DNA of 64,000 nt, taken from the NCBI GenBank assembly GCA_043228905.1, contig JBHGNT010000007.1:10540001-10604000 (forward strand), read 5' to 3'. Position 1 is the stretch's first letter; each line of letters begins with the position of its first letter. Below the pieces are notes generated by a model. It was not told where the DNA came from and searched no databases. It saw nothing but the letters and a program-made list of their open reading frames with translations. Positions 1 through 12,380 of this stretch are shown here, one piece after another. A program made the position numbers and the translations under genes. The DNA is from Azolla caroliniana. Lineage: Eukaryota > Plantae > Polypodiophyta.

Positions 1-759
1 ATTCCAAACACCATTAGTCTTTCATTTATGGGACAACAATAGAATAATGACCCAGTAGTCTCTTGATACGAAAATACAGATATTTTCAATGTTAATCACG
101 ACAGTGTCTATGAGAACCACAATTTTCCTTATGAGTGGATACGAGCTCGATTGGGAAACTAATGTTTTCGGCCCTTCAATGAACAATCCTAAAGCATCAA
201 TGAAACTTCAAAGGCCATGTGTGTGGCCCTCCATGCTTTATCCCTGTGCTGCCAAATAACCTTAGAACCCCTGTTCCTTTGATAAGACCATCAGTTACCC
301 ATCGATTAAAATTTGTGACTGACTTAAAGGGATATGAAGGTAAGTCAGTCACACATTTTGGGCCATCAGATATGTCTTGATCATAGTTTTCACATACTGA
401 ATAAACATAGAGGTATGGAAAAAGTATGTCTCAGACCCACTTTGTGTTTAGATGAAATGCAATGCCCCCTCTCTCATATTTGTTATACACTAAGTACTAG
501 TAAGAACTCATACCTGATATCATTTGGGCGAGCACTCACTACACAGTAGATTTGCACATTGACGTCAGCCTTATATGTGGGATGATTACTATCTCTAACT
601 GTATTTGAGGCATACAATTAGTTAAATGTTGTATGCATCTTATGGATTTCTTCATTGTCATTAGAATTAGTACTATGTTGATTTCCTGCCTTCTAAGACC
701 TGCACTATGTAAACACTTGAAACAGAATTCAGCATCTAAATATACGATTTTACTTGCAG

Positions 760-3700
760 CACTTCTCGGGAAATTTCAGATTTGGAAGGTGAATTATTGG
801 CAATGCGGAATCTTCTTTCCAATCAAGCTTCTCTAATTCATGATTTAGCGGAAGGTGCTCAATTGGATAGTCTGCCAGAAGTCTGTGATATAGAAACAGA
901 AGATGGAAAATACCCCATAAATCATCATATGCTCCCAGAGGGTGGAAAGTACGTTCATCTATTGCTAGATACTCTTGATATTCTAATAGCAGAAAGAAGG
1001 ATTGATGAGGCTTTAGATGCCTTACTTGAAGGGGAGAAACTTGTCGTGACCTTATCTGATAAAGATACTGCTGCATGGTTACAAAAATCTATCTCTGAAC
1101 GAAGAGGGAGGCTTAGAGAATTACTCATTGAAATTGCACGCCAACCATCCACTCGAGGATCTGAACTTCGGACAGCAATATCAGCTCTTTACAAACTTGG
1201 TGATGGTCCTTGTGCACATACATTGCTCTTAACAGCACACAGTCAAAGGCTTCAAAACAATATGCAAGGCTTGCGAGCATATGGAAGTGCCTATACTGGA
1301 TCGTATACTTCTGCTCTTTCACAACTTGTCTTTTCTTCCATTTCTCAGGCTGCAAAAGATTCGTTATCTGTTTTTGGAAAGGAAGCACAATATATGTCAG
1401 AACTAGTCTTATGGGCCTCTGAGGAGACGAAAAAATTCGCATCCATTGTAAAGAGGCATGTTTTGTCATCTGCTGCAGCAGCTGGAGGTCTCCGTGCTGC
1501 AGGAGAGTCTGTGAGGGTTGCATTAGGACATTGCTCATTACTCGAAGTGCAGGGCCTCACGCTTTGTCCCGCTTTACTAAAGTTATTCAGACCTGACGTT
1601 GAACAGGCTTTACAAGCAAATCTAACACACATTGAGGGGTGTGTATCTGTTCTTGCAGCAGCAGATGACTGGGTAGTTTATAGTGCTTCAGGGTCTCGGT
1701 CTGGAAGCAAAAATCAAGTATATGAAGGCTTAATACAATTCAAGCTGTCAAACAGTGCACATAGATTTCAGATGTTGATACAGGTGTGCTTTCTATTTGC
1801 TGTCATTCAATTTCATATCCTGTGTATGAGCACTTGATTTCTTGTGAATGTGCATGATGATCTTGCATAGTGTAATTATATATACATATTTTTAGGATTC
1901 TGCCATCACTTATACACATGTGACATACAGAAGGATGCTGGTCTAATGATTTTCTTTGAGGTTATGCATGAAGAAAACGTTGACTTGTCATTCTTTATTT
2001 AAGGTTGTGTTTCTAGGCATGAGACAGTCTTGTTTAATCATTTATCTGCAACAGTTTCGCGAAGGACAAATTGGGATGCTGAAAAACTACGCAATGTTCC
2101 TTATTTTATAAGTAAAGTTTTGGTATTTTTCTTTTAATCAAGTCACCTGATGTTCCCTTCACAGTTTGACTTTGGTCTTAAAGCTAAACGAGGTAGATAT
2201 AACCATACACATGCTTTGAGCTAGAGTTTGAAATTTGTTTAGCTGTGTAACAGTGGATAATTTCTTTGTCAAATCTATAAAGTTTTCATTGTTGAAGCCT
2301 TTAGTTAAGTATTAAAAGAATTATGAGGTGATTTGTTGAAAGGTGCAAGAATTTAGCTATTTATATGCAAGAGTTTCATAAAGTACAAATTGGGAAGCTG
2401 AAAAACTGTGCTATTTTCTTTATTCTATAGTTAAAATAACTGTGCTAGAGCCTTTACATAGGTGATTTCGTATTATAGAAGGATGGCCGACATGGAAAAA
2501 TTACCCATCTTCGTCTGTTATCTTATCTGCTTTGATTCTTACATCTGATCTCTTTGTTCTTGAATGATGAAGCAGTTCTATGCTTACAATTGTCCTTTAA
2601 AATCCATATTCTCCACCTCATCTTTGATAACTGATGTTATGGTAGCTGCAGTGTTCAACATAGCTTTTGTATTTTCTGCTTAATGTACCTCCCAGTCACC
2701 CTCCACAGAGCCCCCTTTTATATTGATGCAGATGACAATTTTTATACTGTATTATTTCTGCACATAGCTTATGTTGGTGCAAAACTATGGAGGCTGTATG
2801 CATATCTTACATAGAAGGTCAGACTAAGTTTGTCACCTCTCTGCAGGATTTTCTTGATGATGTCGCACCTCTAGCTAACCTGCAACTAGGTGGCCTCATG
2901 CTGGATGGGTTAGGTCATTTGTTCGAATCATATATCGAGCTTCTTATGATGGCTGTGCCTGGTCAAGTGGACGATGTTTTGATTGCTCAGATGGACAATA
3001 AGACAGTGAAACTGGCAGAAACAGAGAACCAACAGTTAGGTTTGTTGGCCAATGCTTCGACTCTTGCAGAAGAAATCCTGCCTCGTGCAGTAACAAAACT
3101 ATTACCAGCGCAGCATTCTTCTAGCAAAGAACCATTAACTAAAAGAGCCCTTGAGAAGCCAAATGCTGAACTGCGGGAATGGAAACGACGTTGGCAGCGC
3201 ATGGCTGATAAATTGCGTGACCATTATTGCATGCAACAAGTTCTGGATCTCATCTTCCCTGAAGATGGAGATTCAAAATTTAGTTTTTATTCATACCTGG
3301 ATCTTGATAAGGATGGTGGTAGATTAGAGCCCTTGCCATCACAACTTTTCCAGGTGTGGTTCATGTTTTCATATGCCAGGTCTCATGTTAATTAATCAGG
3401 ATGGTTGAGTAATGAAACATAATCTCATTGTGTGCATTTTGGTCCTTGTTTTGTGCTACAGCAACTCTTTTTAAAATTGAACAGCCTGAGCTATGTAGCA
3501 GTTGACGTTTTGACAGGCCGAGAACGAATGACACAGATGCTTCTTATGAAGCTTGTTGAGACATTTGTCATTTTCATTTTTGATGATCAAGATTTTTGGG
3601 AAGAAATGGAAAATGGGCCCAAACCTATTGGGCAAATTGGGTTGCAACAAGTATGTGTTAGTCACAGTTCCTATACTTTTGCGTCTTGGCTTCTATATAT

Positions 3701-4110
3701 CTGCACACAGCATTTTTGTTCAAATTCTAACTAGTCTCCATGCATCAGTTTCTGCTTGATATGCAGTTTGTTATTCAGACAGCTTCTTATGGAAGGTACC
3801 TTAGCCGTCATATGCGAGCTGTTGTTGGAGACATTATTACTAGAGCTGTTGAAGCATTTAGGCGGACTGAGGTTGATCCAAATAAGTAAGGCTTATATAT
3901 TATGAAGATTTCAAATTAGCTGTATGCCAAGATATACTAATTCTGTTTTCATTATGCAGCAGTGTCTTGCCAGAGAACGATTGGTTTGTTGCCACTGCAC
4001 AAGATTCAGTGCACAAATTATTAGAATGGTCTAGGGGCCATCTGGGAAGTCCAACAGCATCTGTATCGGCTCAATCAATGTCCTCTGCCCCTTCGCATGG
4101 AAGCCTCTAA
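760..4110 (+). CDS. EXO84: Exocyst complex component EXO84 (EXO84B-like); 5' exons lie upstream of the window
   Basis: Exons with GT-AG boundaries in a continuous frame: 760-1783 (TSREISDLEGELLAMRNLLS...SAHRFQMLIQ), 2847-3353 (DFLDDVAPL...PSQLFQ), 3462-3650 (QLFLKLN...GLQQ), 3749-3885 (FLLDMQFVI...VDPN), 3960-4110 (SVLPENDWF...SPTASVSAQSMSSAPSHGSL*). The motifs AAAAGGLRAA, LGHCSLLE and the SPTASVSAQS C-terminus match plant Exo84. Confidence 0.93.
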
Positions 4111-6384
4111 TCACCTCAGGTGTGAGTGGCTCTATTTCACTTTTTCGAGTGACATTGAAGACCAGGGACTGATCTCTAACTCAATTTCCTTTTTCTGTTA
4201 TAGCGTGTGTCAATTAAAAGTATCGCAAAGGAAAGTGTGGCTCAAAATTTGGATTGGATTAATTTATATGGATTATGATATATATGGCAACAATCAGATT
4301 TTGGTTGCTAGATGCTAAGGTATGCAGAATTTTCATTTTGTATTTCCAATGGTTGCATGTTCCATTATTCCACATGATAATCACAGATATAGGAAGGTAG
4401 AAATATGTTTAAGTGAGGATGCATCGAGAATAAGTCATGATAAAATCAGTGAAAAACTTCTATGTCTTTGCTCTCTAGAGATTATACTGACTAGATGATC
4501 ATGCTGCATGTAGGAATTATTGCAGAAAGCTATTTATCTGGCTTATAAGCAATAATGGTTAACTATTTGTCTGAACTATGTGCAAGATTATCCAGTTTGA
4601 AAACTGGAAATATGCGAAAAATGAGATGCAATGACTGAATGTAGAAGGAAAGCAGGGAATGACCTCCATATCTTGATTGCAGATGGACATGTATTAATTA
4701 TTGCAAGAAAGCCATTTATCTAAATGATAAATAATGCTTGCCACCTAATTTTCGACTATACTGCCACTGTAGCTCACTGCCACATGACATTCATCGCCCT
4801 CCTGGCTGTGAGAGCATGCCTCAGGATCAATGATATAACGAGGAGTGCAGATACTCATACAGTTGGGATCTCATTCAACCAAGGTTAAGCTGACAGATGA
4901 CAACTCACACAGGCAACCATTGAGTTTGGGGAACCTCACTGACCCCAAAAGGAATGCATGAGGAATATCCAACCACAGACTACTCTTGGCACTAGCTCCA
5001 ATTGTGATCATATTGAAGTACCACTTAGAATCCATCATATATATAGTTATCCTCATAAGAACATAAGAAATTAGAAAACACATGGTTTGATTGATGTCAA
5101 GAGTATGTCTCTATCCTATGACCTTTTTCTTTGACGTCTCTAAATGTTAAGAAATTCAGTTTGAAGTGGCAAAATTTAGATAAATTTTATGTGCTTCCCA
5201 AAGGAGATTAACATCCACGTTTCTAATGTTGGACCATAAGGTGGGATCTACTCTATAAAGTGCATGCAGATTTCAAGTTCATACAAATAGAATAATGCTT
5301 ATATTATGTGAATCTTCTGGTAAAATTGTATGGATACCAGGTCCTCGTAGTTATAGGTCATTTTTCTCTTGGAATAATTCCTGAATTCTTTTCATTCTGA
5401 GAGAATATATATGTCATTTATGTCCTCTAAGTAGTAGGTGCTGTTTTCTCTCGAATTAATCCCTGAAACGTTTTCATTCTGGCAGAACTAGATGTATCAT
5501 TTGTGGCTTGTAGCTCTTCAATGTGGCATTATTTTCCCTGACTATAAGTCTGAAGTCCTGAGGACAATTTCACCTGTATTGAACCTTTGCTCAGAGACCT
5601 TCCCTTTATATATATGTGGTCCTTAGGATGATGCCCATAACCTCTATCTAAATTGTCTTTCCATATGCCTTGCCCTCCTCTATGGTGTTTGGAAATTGGA
5701 ATATATGGCTGTAACAACAGCATATAGGTTTGGAGTTCTGTATTTTCAGTTTTGCAACTAAGATGTTGATCAGAGGAACATTATAGATGTCATTTCAGAG
5801 TCTAATATGAGAATCTTCTGTAGAGTGGAGTACCCTGATCAAATATACTATGCTCCCTTCTGGAAATAAGGGATGTAAAACAGGTCTCTTGGAGAAGAGG
5901 ATGGCACTTCCAGATCCAACTAGCCGAGACCTGCAACAGACTTATTCTGCATGGATAAGACGTTAACAATATTAGTGATGTACAAGCTATCAACTGGGCA
6001 GAGTGCAGTCACAGCCTAGAGGAGTGACAACATATATTGACGTTTCAGCTCTTTCTTGTGGAAGTCACCAAAGTCAACTTGGAGCCTCGGCCCCAATGTG
6101 GATATATTTATATATCACATGGCATAAGGGAATGTCTTCCTCACCCTGGCAAACTTTTCAAACTTGATTCCCGAATAATGGAATCTTTTAAGGAAGCAAT
6201 TTCAGTTCTAGCATTCAGGCACCAAATCTGATCGAAGTTAACATAAACCATTGTAATGCTTATTTCTGTATATTCTGTCGTAACATGCATCTTCATCTTG
6301 GCTATGAGGACATAAGCTTGCAGGATGCAATGACACATGAGAATGCTATTAAGCAGAAAGAATGAAGAAATAAGATTGCTATGG

Positions 6385-6680
6385 TGTTAGCCTTGTTGGT
6401 CAAGGTATGACTCTGTATATGAGGTCCTTAGTTTAATCCTCTCTGAGGTTCATCTAATGTGTTGGTATGCGCATGTAGATGGACATGCATGGTGTTGCCT
6501 TTCCGGCACCAACACTATACCACATGCTTGATAGCAGGTTCAACATCAATCATGAACCTTTGAGCGATTGACGCTAGTAGTTGGTATGTCCCATGTAGAT
6601 GGACACGCAAGGCATGGTGTTGCCCTTCTGGCACCAACAGTATACCACATGATTGATAACAGGTTCAACATCAATCATGT
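6385..6680 (+). repeat. Degenerate tRNA-derived SINE-like head followed by an ~85 bp direct repeat
   Basis: A-box-like TAGCCTTGTTGG (6388-6399) and B-box-like AGTTTAATCC (6430-6439). Then catgtagatggaca...caggttcaacatcaatcatg occurs twice (~6472-6554, ~6592-6679). Confidence 0.35.
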
Positions 6681-9600
6681 GCGATAAAGTTAGCAGCTGG
6701 TGCTGCTGAATCGGCAATTGAGATTGCAACATTGTGCACAAGGCCATTGACCAGAGAGCATCAAATTTGGTGGATCGTATTAGGCACATGTTCATCTTCA
6801 GCAAATTTGACTCTAATGTGGGTTGTTTAAGCTGTTCTGACATATCTTGGATTATGATAAAATGAGCTAATCGTCTAAAAAATAAGTAAATTGTTGGAAG
6901 TGGGCGATACTCCACTTTCCCCCATGTGAGTGGTGTAAATAAAATAACTGTGAGTTCAAAGTAATAAAGAAAGTTATTATTAACTTTTCTGAAGAGCTAC
7001 AATGACTTATGAGATCCCCATACATTAGAATCATGATGAGACATATAAACTACAGACGAATATAGTGAAGGAATAAAAAATCTATCCCTGTGGAATAAGG
7101 CTATACAAGGAGCTGAATGATACAACATATAACATACAGCATAAAATTTGGGAGTGTAGTGATTTCCCAAAGTAGCTATATGGTTGTCATCCCAAAATGT
7201 CTCAAATCAGTGTCTATATTATGGTGAACCCCAAAAAGCAATATCTGGACAATGAAACTGAGATTGTTGCCCTCAAAAGAGTATCCATCCTCCCTTTGGA
7301 GACTGTTCATCTTGGACATGTCGCATTTTAAGGCAGGAAACCCCCTCTGGTGTTGAGCAAAAATTGCAAATAGAATTGAGGGTAAACTTTTGGCAAGTTG
7401 GCAGTTCTGATTCTCCAAATATATTTGAGTGCATCAAGGTCTTCTTGAATGTAAAACATGTAGAGGTATAGCATAGTTGAACTGAGTGTTAATTTATAAC
7501 ATTAAACGACATAATTTTAACATGTTCTAAATATTGAAACATTATCCTTAATTAGGAGCAGATCTTTTTTGGGAATTGTAGTAATTTACAGAAGCTAAGA
7601 GAAAGAAAATAAGGGAAGTGGTAAGGAGTTAGGGGACATATTTTGTGAAAGTGTAAACCCTAATTTCTGCATCAGCCCTAATGTTTCAATCTTCCTGTTT
7701 TCAGGAAATCCTTATTAGTAGCGACACTCTAATAGTGGCAGAATGAAGTATGATTCTGTCTTGACCGGCCATTATCATTTGATCTTGTGCAACATGTTAT
7801 CCAGGCCTGCATCATTGCTAGTGTTATCAAAGAAGGGAACTTCTTTGGCAACTTTTTAATGCCATAACTGAAGATAGTTAAAGCTGGGGCTATGGACGCA
7901 GAAGACGTTTCTGATGTGATAAAACATTTTAGGTTCATTTTCTATCTTGTATGAGTGGGCGACAATTTTGTTCCTTACGGTAAAGATTCCTTTGATTGTC
8001 TGGGTGGGACAGTATAATCAAGTGAGTCTTCCCATGTAGCTCCATGCCTCTCATTGCACACCAATAGCAGCAGAAACATTTGAAAACGTGAAGGTAGATA
8101 AACAGTAACATTATGGAAAAGTTGTGAAGAGTCATTTGCAAGCAGAAAAACATAAGCATATTAATATGGTGGACAAACAATGAACATTATGGGAAATATG
8201 TGAAGGCTAATTGCCTGCAGTTTCCGGAGTTGGGTGAAATAGAGTCAACCATAAAGATATTACTATGAAATGGTCTTACCATCTAGATATAGACAGATTG
8301 AAGAAAAGTTGTGCATGCCTATAGAGTCAAGGCCCAAAGGATCACGTTGTATGATAAAAACATTACGAAGAGCCAAGGATGAATAGTGCATATTTTAAAG
8401 CAATATTAACATTTGGATATGTTGTGTAAGATTTTGAATGTTAGCAGCTTTCTTGAAGAATATGGATAATCCTCTGGCAATGAACTCACGACTTCTTCAG
8501 GAATCCTGTCTTTCCTGTACAGCATATGTGTGTCCTATTGAAAAAGCTTTGTATGACACCAAGTCTCAAGATTGCAAGGCTTTTTTACGATGATGTAATA
8601 TTGTTTCCTATTTGATGAACCTCTACGGTTGAAAATGATTGTGCTTATCAATTTACAATTTTCTTTGATTTCATCTTATTGTATTGAGGATTGGGTGTTA
8701 TCTATAAGGACATATTCAATAAAGGAAAACTGTTTTCCATAAGTGCTTGGGACTTTTACTAAATCAGAATGTCATTGAAAATTTCTTTATTTGCAGGTTC
8801 TCTTGATCATTGGTGTGGACATTTTATACTCCACTCCCACCTACGAGGATTCTGAACAGTACGTGTACTATATTTTCATATATTTGATCATCGTAAATGC
8901 AAAGTTTTCTGGTTGTCATATACTGACGAAGAAGCCATTGCGCTTGTAAATTCTTTTTGCTCGACACCTACAAGGGTCACTTGTATGTTTTAATATATTA
9001 TCGTTTGTTTTTATAACAAGAATTCATGTATTAGTTTTTATTTCTTTAACACTATTACCACACTCTCCTGTTCCTGACAGTTTTTGTAACAATCTTCATA
9101 TTGTTAGTCAGCAGTTTATCATTAGTCGATTCTAAGATTTACTGACGTTTTACGTAATTGTGTTGTTATGGAGTAGATTTGAATGTAATTGAGATTGTTT
9201 TGATACATTATGTGCTGGTCCTAAGAGGAAATATGGTAGTGCTATTCATTCTCCTAATTAATTCTTTGTATATTCTCCCATCTGGGAGATGTTTTTCATT
9301 TGCATTCTCGACAACGTGATTTCCAGGGTTGTACAGGTGATTTCATACACCAAAGTAAAATTCAATGCATGAAGGTAAGTTGTGTAGTTTTACAATTCAT
9401 GTACATTCTATACTCAAATACCTTTCGTGAAAAAACTGGCAGCAAATCAGAATCAGAATGGTGGAAGGTAACAATCCTATTTTACGAATTTGATTGAAAT
9501 TTGTTTTACCATTGGGAATATGCGAGATTAGTCTCTCATCGTGCACAATTTCCTTCTAGGGCTGCTAAAGCTCATTGAGTTGAAATCCTAGGGCATTCCA

Positions 9601-10207
9601 AATGATGGGAATGCACTGGCATCTTTTTGCCACTAGAAAACAGCAGCATAATATCTATCTTTAGTTTGTAAGTCATGAAATGTGTCCTAAACCGTAAAAT
9701 AATCATAATAACAGTTCAAGGGTATGTAGAATTAACATGAGTTATTGCCCAACTAAAGGAGATCCCTTATGATTTTTGATAGAGAGAAAGAAACACAGTC
9801 ATTTGAGGCAAATCATCATTACAGGTATGAGTGATCAGCTCATCATAGTGATGGAAACACAAAGCTCTAGGTATCCTAAAGCTCCATGGAAATGATCCTT
9901 AAAATGGTTTTACAAGCATGACGTATACATTATTACTATGTTGGGATGAGTGGTATGGCGGGTTGGGGGTATTCAATTCAATAATCAAGTAAAATGATTG
10001 CATATGGGTTTCCGCAAGCAGATTGGACATGGTAATACCTAATGTCTTCATTTTGTTTGTGGAGGTGTGGGCCTATGAAAGAGCTTAGCGATGTGGAGTC
10101 GCATGCATATTGAGTAGTAATCTAATGGTTGTATCCCATCACCATTACTTCAGCTGCCATGCAAGCACAATTTTCGAGGAAAGAAAGTACACAATTACGA
10201 CAAGTGT

Positions 10208-11270
10208 ATGACAAAGAAAATGGACAAAAGAATGCTAAATAAGGACGAGGTGGTATCTTTTCGACATAGAAGCAAGATAAACAAAGAAGCATGCAACATT
10301 TTGTGTGGACTTGAACAACACCACAAGAGAACTTACGCTCATACCGACATCACCATTCTTCAGTGCTTAACAGAGGACATGACGATCGAGATTGCACATC
10401 TAAGAGCATGGTTGCAACGAACTGGCCTTGGTGGATTTCTCAAGATTGCAGAAGCCAAACCACACCCGATGGCAGTACAAATCGGCTAGACAATCCAAAT
10501 TGAGCACCTGACCACCAAGAGGATTTGCGACACCTTAGCCTTGAGACAAGAAGGGGTATGCCAAATGGAGGTTCTTAATGCCAACATGCTCGATTCTTAT
10601 TTCACGGAATACTCAACTTCTGGGAAGGCATATCGAACACATGGCGGATCAAACCCTTTATTCCGAGAGGTGGCCAAGTTCTTGCTCGAGATTGGATGCT
10701 TGCATCCAAAGACGTATGCAATGCCCAAAAACAAGGCCATATTCATTATTGCAACATATCAAGGCGTCAAGATCAAGATCGATTGGGGTTGTAGCCGAGG
10801 CCCTATGTGGTGGTATTGCTACACTCCATGCGGGTAAGAAGATTCCAACGGCACTAGCGCAATGGTCACCCCGATTGGCACTACTAGCGGAGAGAACTCC
10901 AGAGAAGGAGCGAACAATAGAGTTGCCGAAGCAATCGGCTAGGCAACGATTGCTAGACATGTCATAGGGGGAGTGGCAAGAAGAGAAAACCTCTAGAACA
11001 GGCAGAATGGGAACAACGCCAAGGACTGCGGAGACCACCACCACCATGAAAGCCCCATTCAAAGAAGTACGACCCACACCCCAAGTGGTTGATTACAACG
11101 AAGGCTCAAGAATCGGTTCAAAGGAGGCAATGAATGCTGATATCACAATCCGAAATAGACAAGAACTAGGAAAGAAGAGCCACGACGTTTTGGTTGATGA
11201 GCACATTTAGTCAAAGAAATGACGTCAATTAGACAGAAAAAACGGTAAAGGCCTAAATAAAGATTTTGAA
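10208..11270 (+). pseudogene. Fragmented retrotransposon accessory ORF, paralog of the 39877-43935 ORF
   Basis: YFTEYSTSGKAYRTHGGSNPLFREVAKFLLEIGC...IATYQG..IDWG aligns by eye with YFREYSTSAKAHRTHRGSNEFFRNLAHFLLEFGC...ITTYHGGAINWG at ~39930-40115. Several stops and frameshifts. Confidence 0.75.
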
Positions 11271-11667
11271 TCTCGTCTAGACACAAAGGTGGAAGATCGG
11301 CTAAATATGGTGTTGTCAAAACCAACTAGTGAGAAGCGTACAACCGCCACGATGGCATAAAAAAACCCTACAATCGGCCCATTCACCACCACAAGGGGGA
11401 AACAATCAGAGGGACAATCATCCCTCATCTTTATTAATACGGTGCTGGGATTTTCAAACTTTCCGGTTGTTGCCACAAAATTCTTTGCGATCTTACAATA
11501 TGGCACAAGCTACGAGTTGGTCAAATGGTTAGGCCGATAGACGACTTTTGCGGCCGGCCAATTGGCTAAAGGGCATGAAGAAAGGGTAATGATCCATAAA
11601 GCCTTGTACGAACCGTTGAAGGCTGTCCGAACTGACAATGCTAGAAAGGGTAATGCTCCATAAAGCC

Positions 11668-12345
11668 TTGTTGGTTTGGACAACCTTCAACTTCTTGTCC
11701 CGTTGGGCTCTTGCTTGGAACTCCTTGAAGAACGATAGTACTTGATCTTTTGACTCTAATACGAAAGCCCACAACTTCTGACTGTAGTCATCGATAAAGG
11801 TCACAAAGTACTGTCCGCCTCGGTGTGACGGAGCATCTACAGAACACACATCTGTGTGTACTAGTTCCAGTGGCACTTCTCTTCTCCTTGGTGGTCTAGA
11901 GTGGAATGCTGCTTTGTTCTGCTTTTCGTCTAAACAGTCGACACATTTCTCTAGGTGCACTCCCTTTACCTCTAGTAGAAGCCTTTGGTCGGCCAACAGA
12001 TGCAGTCCCTTCTCACTCATGTGGCCTAGCCTCTTATGCCATATTTGTCCTGTCGAGTTGGCTACCACATTCACTTCCGAGTTGCACAGTCGGGCTTGCA
12101 TTATATACAATGTTCCTTCCTCTTTGCTCGGGCCACTATAAGATTTCCACGGTAGAACTTCCACTTGCCATTCCGAAAACTACCATTGTAGCCTTCGTTG
12201 TCCAGTCTTTCAGTCGATATCAGATTCAATCTGATATTGGGGACGTGTCGAACATTCTTCAGAGTTAGTTGACACCCTGTCGACGTTGTTAGGCAGACAC
12301 TTTCGATTCCGGCTACCTTGCACTCCCTACTGTCACCCATCTTCG
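11668..12345 (-). mobile_element. Tork/Tnt1-like copia fragment (protease end, GAG-pre-integrase, integrase start)
   Basis: LKNVRHVPNIRLNLIS, WHKRLGHMSEKG, LELVHTDVC, YFVTFIDDYS; frameshifted; no LTRs. Confidence 0.88.
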
Positions 12346-12380
12346 GTATCAGTATATCCAACCAACTTCCCAACTATACC

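Noticed and set aside
4700-9500. Short ORFs and coding-looking patches downstream of EXO84
   Set aside because: No recognisable domain and frequent stops in all frames. They may be old pseudogene debris; BLASTx is needed.
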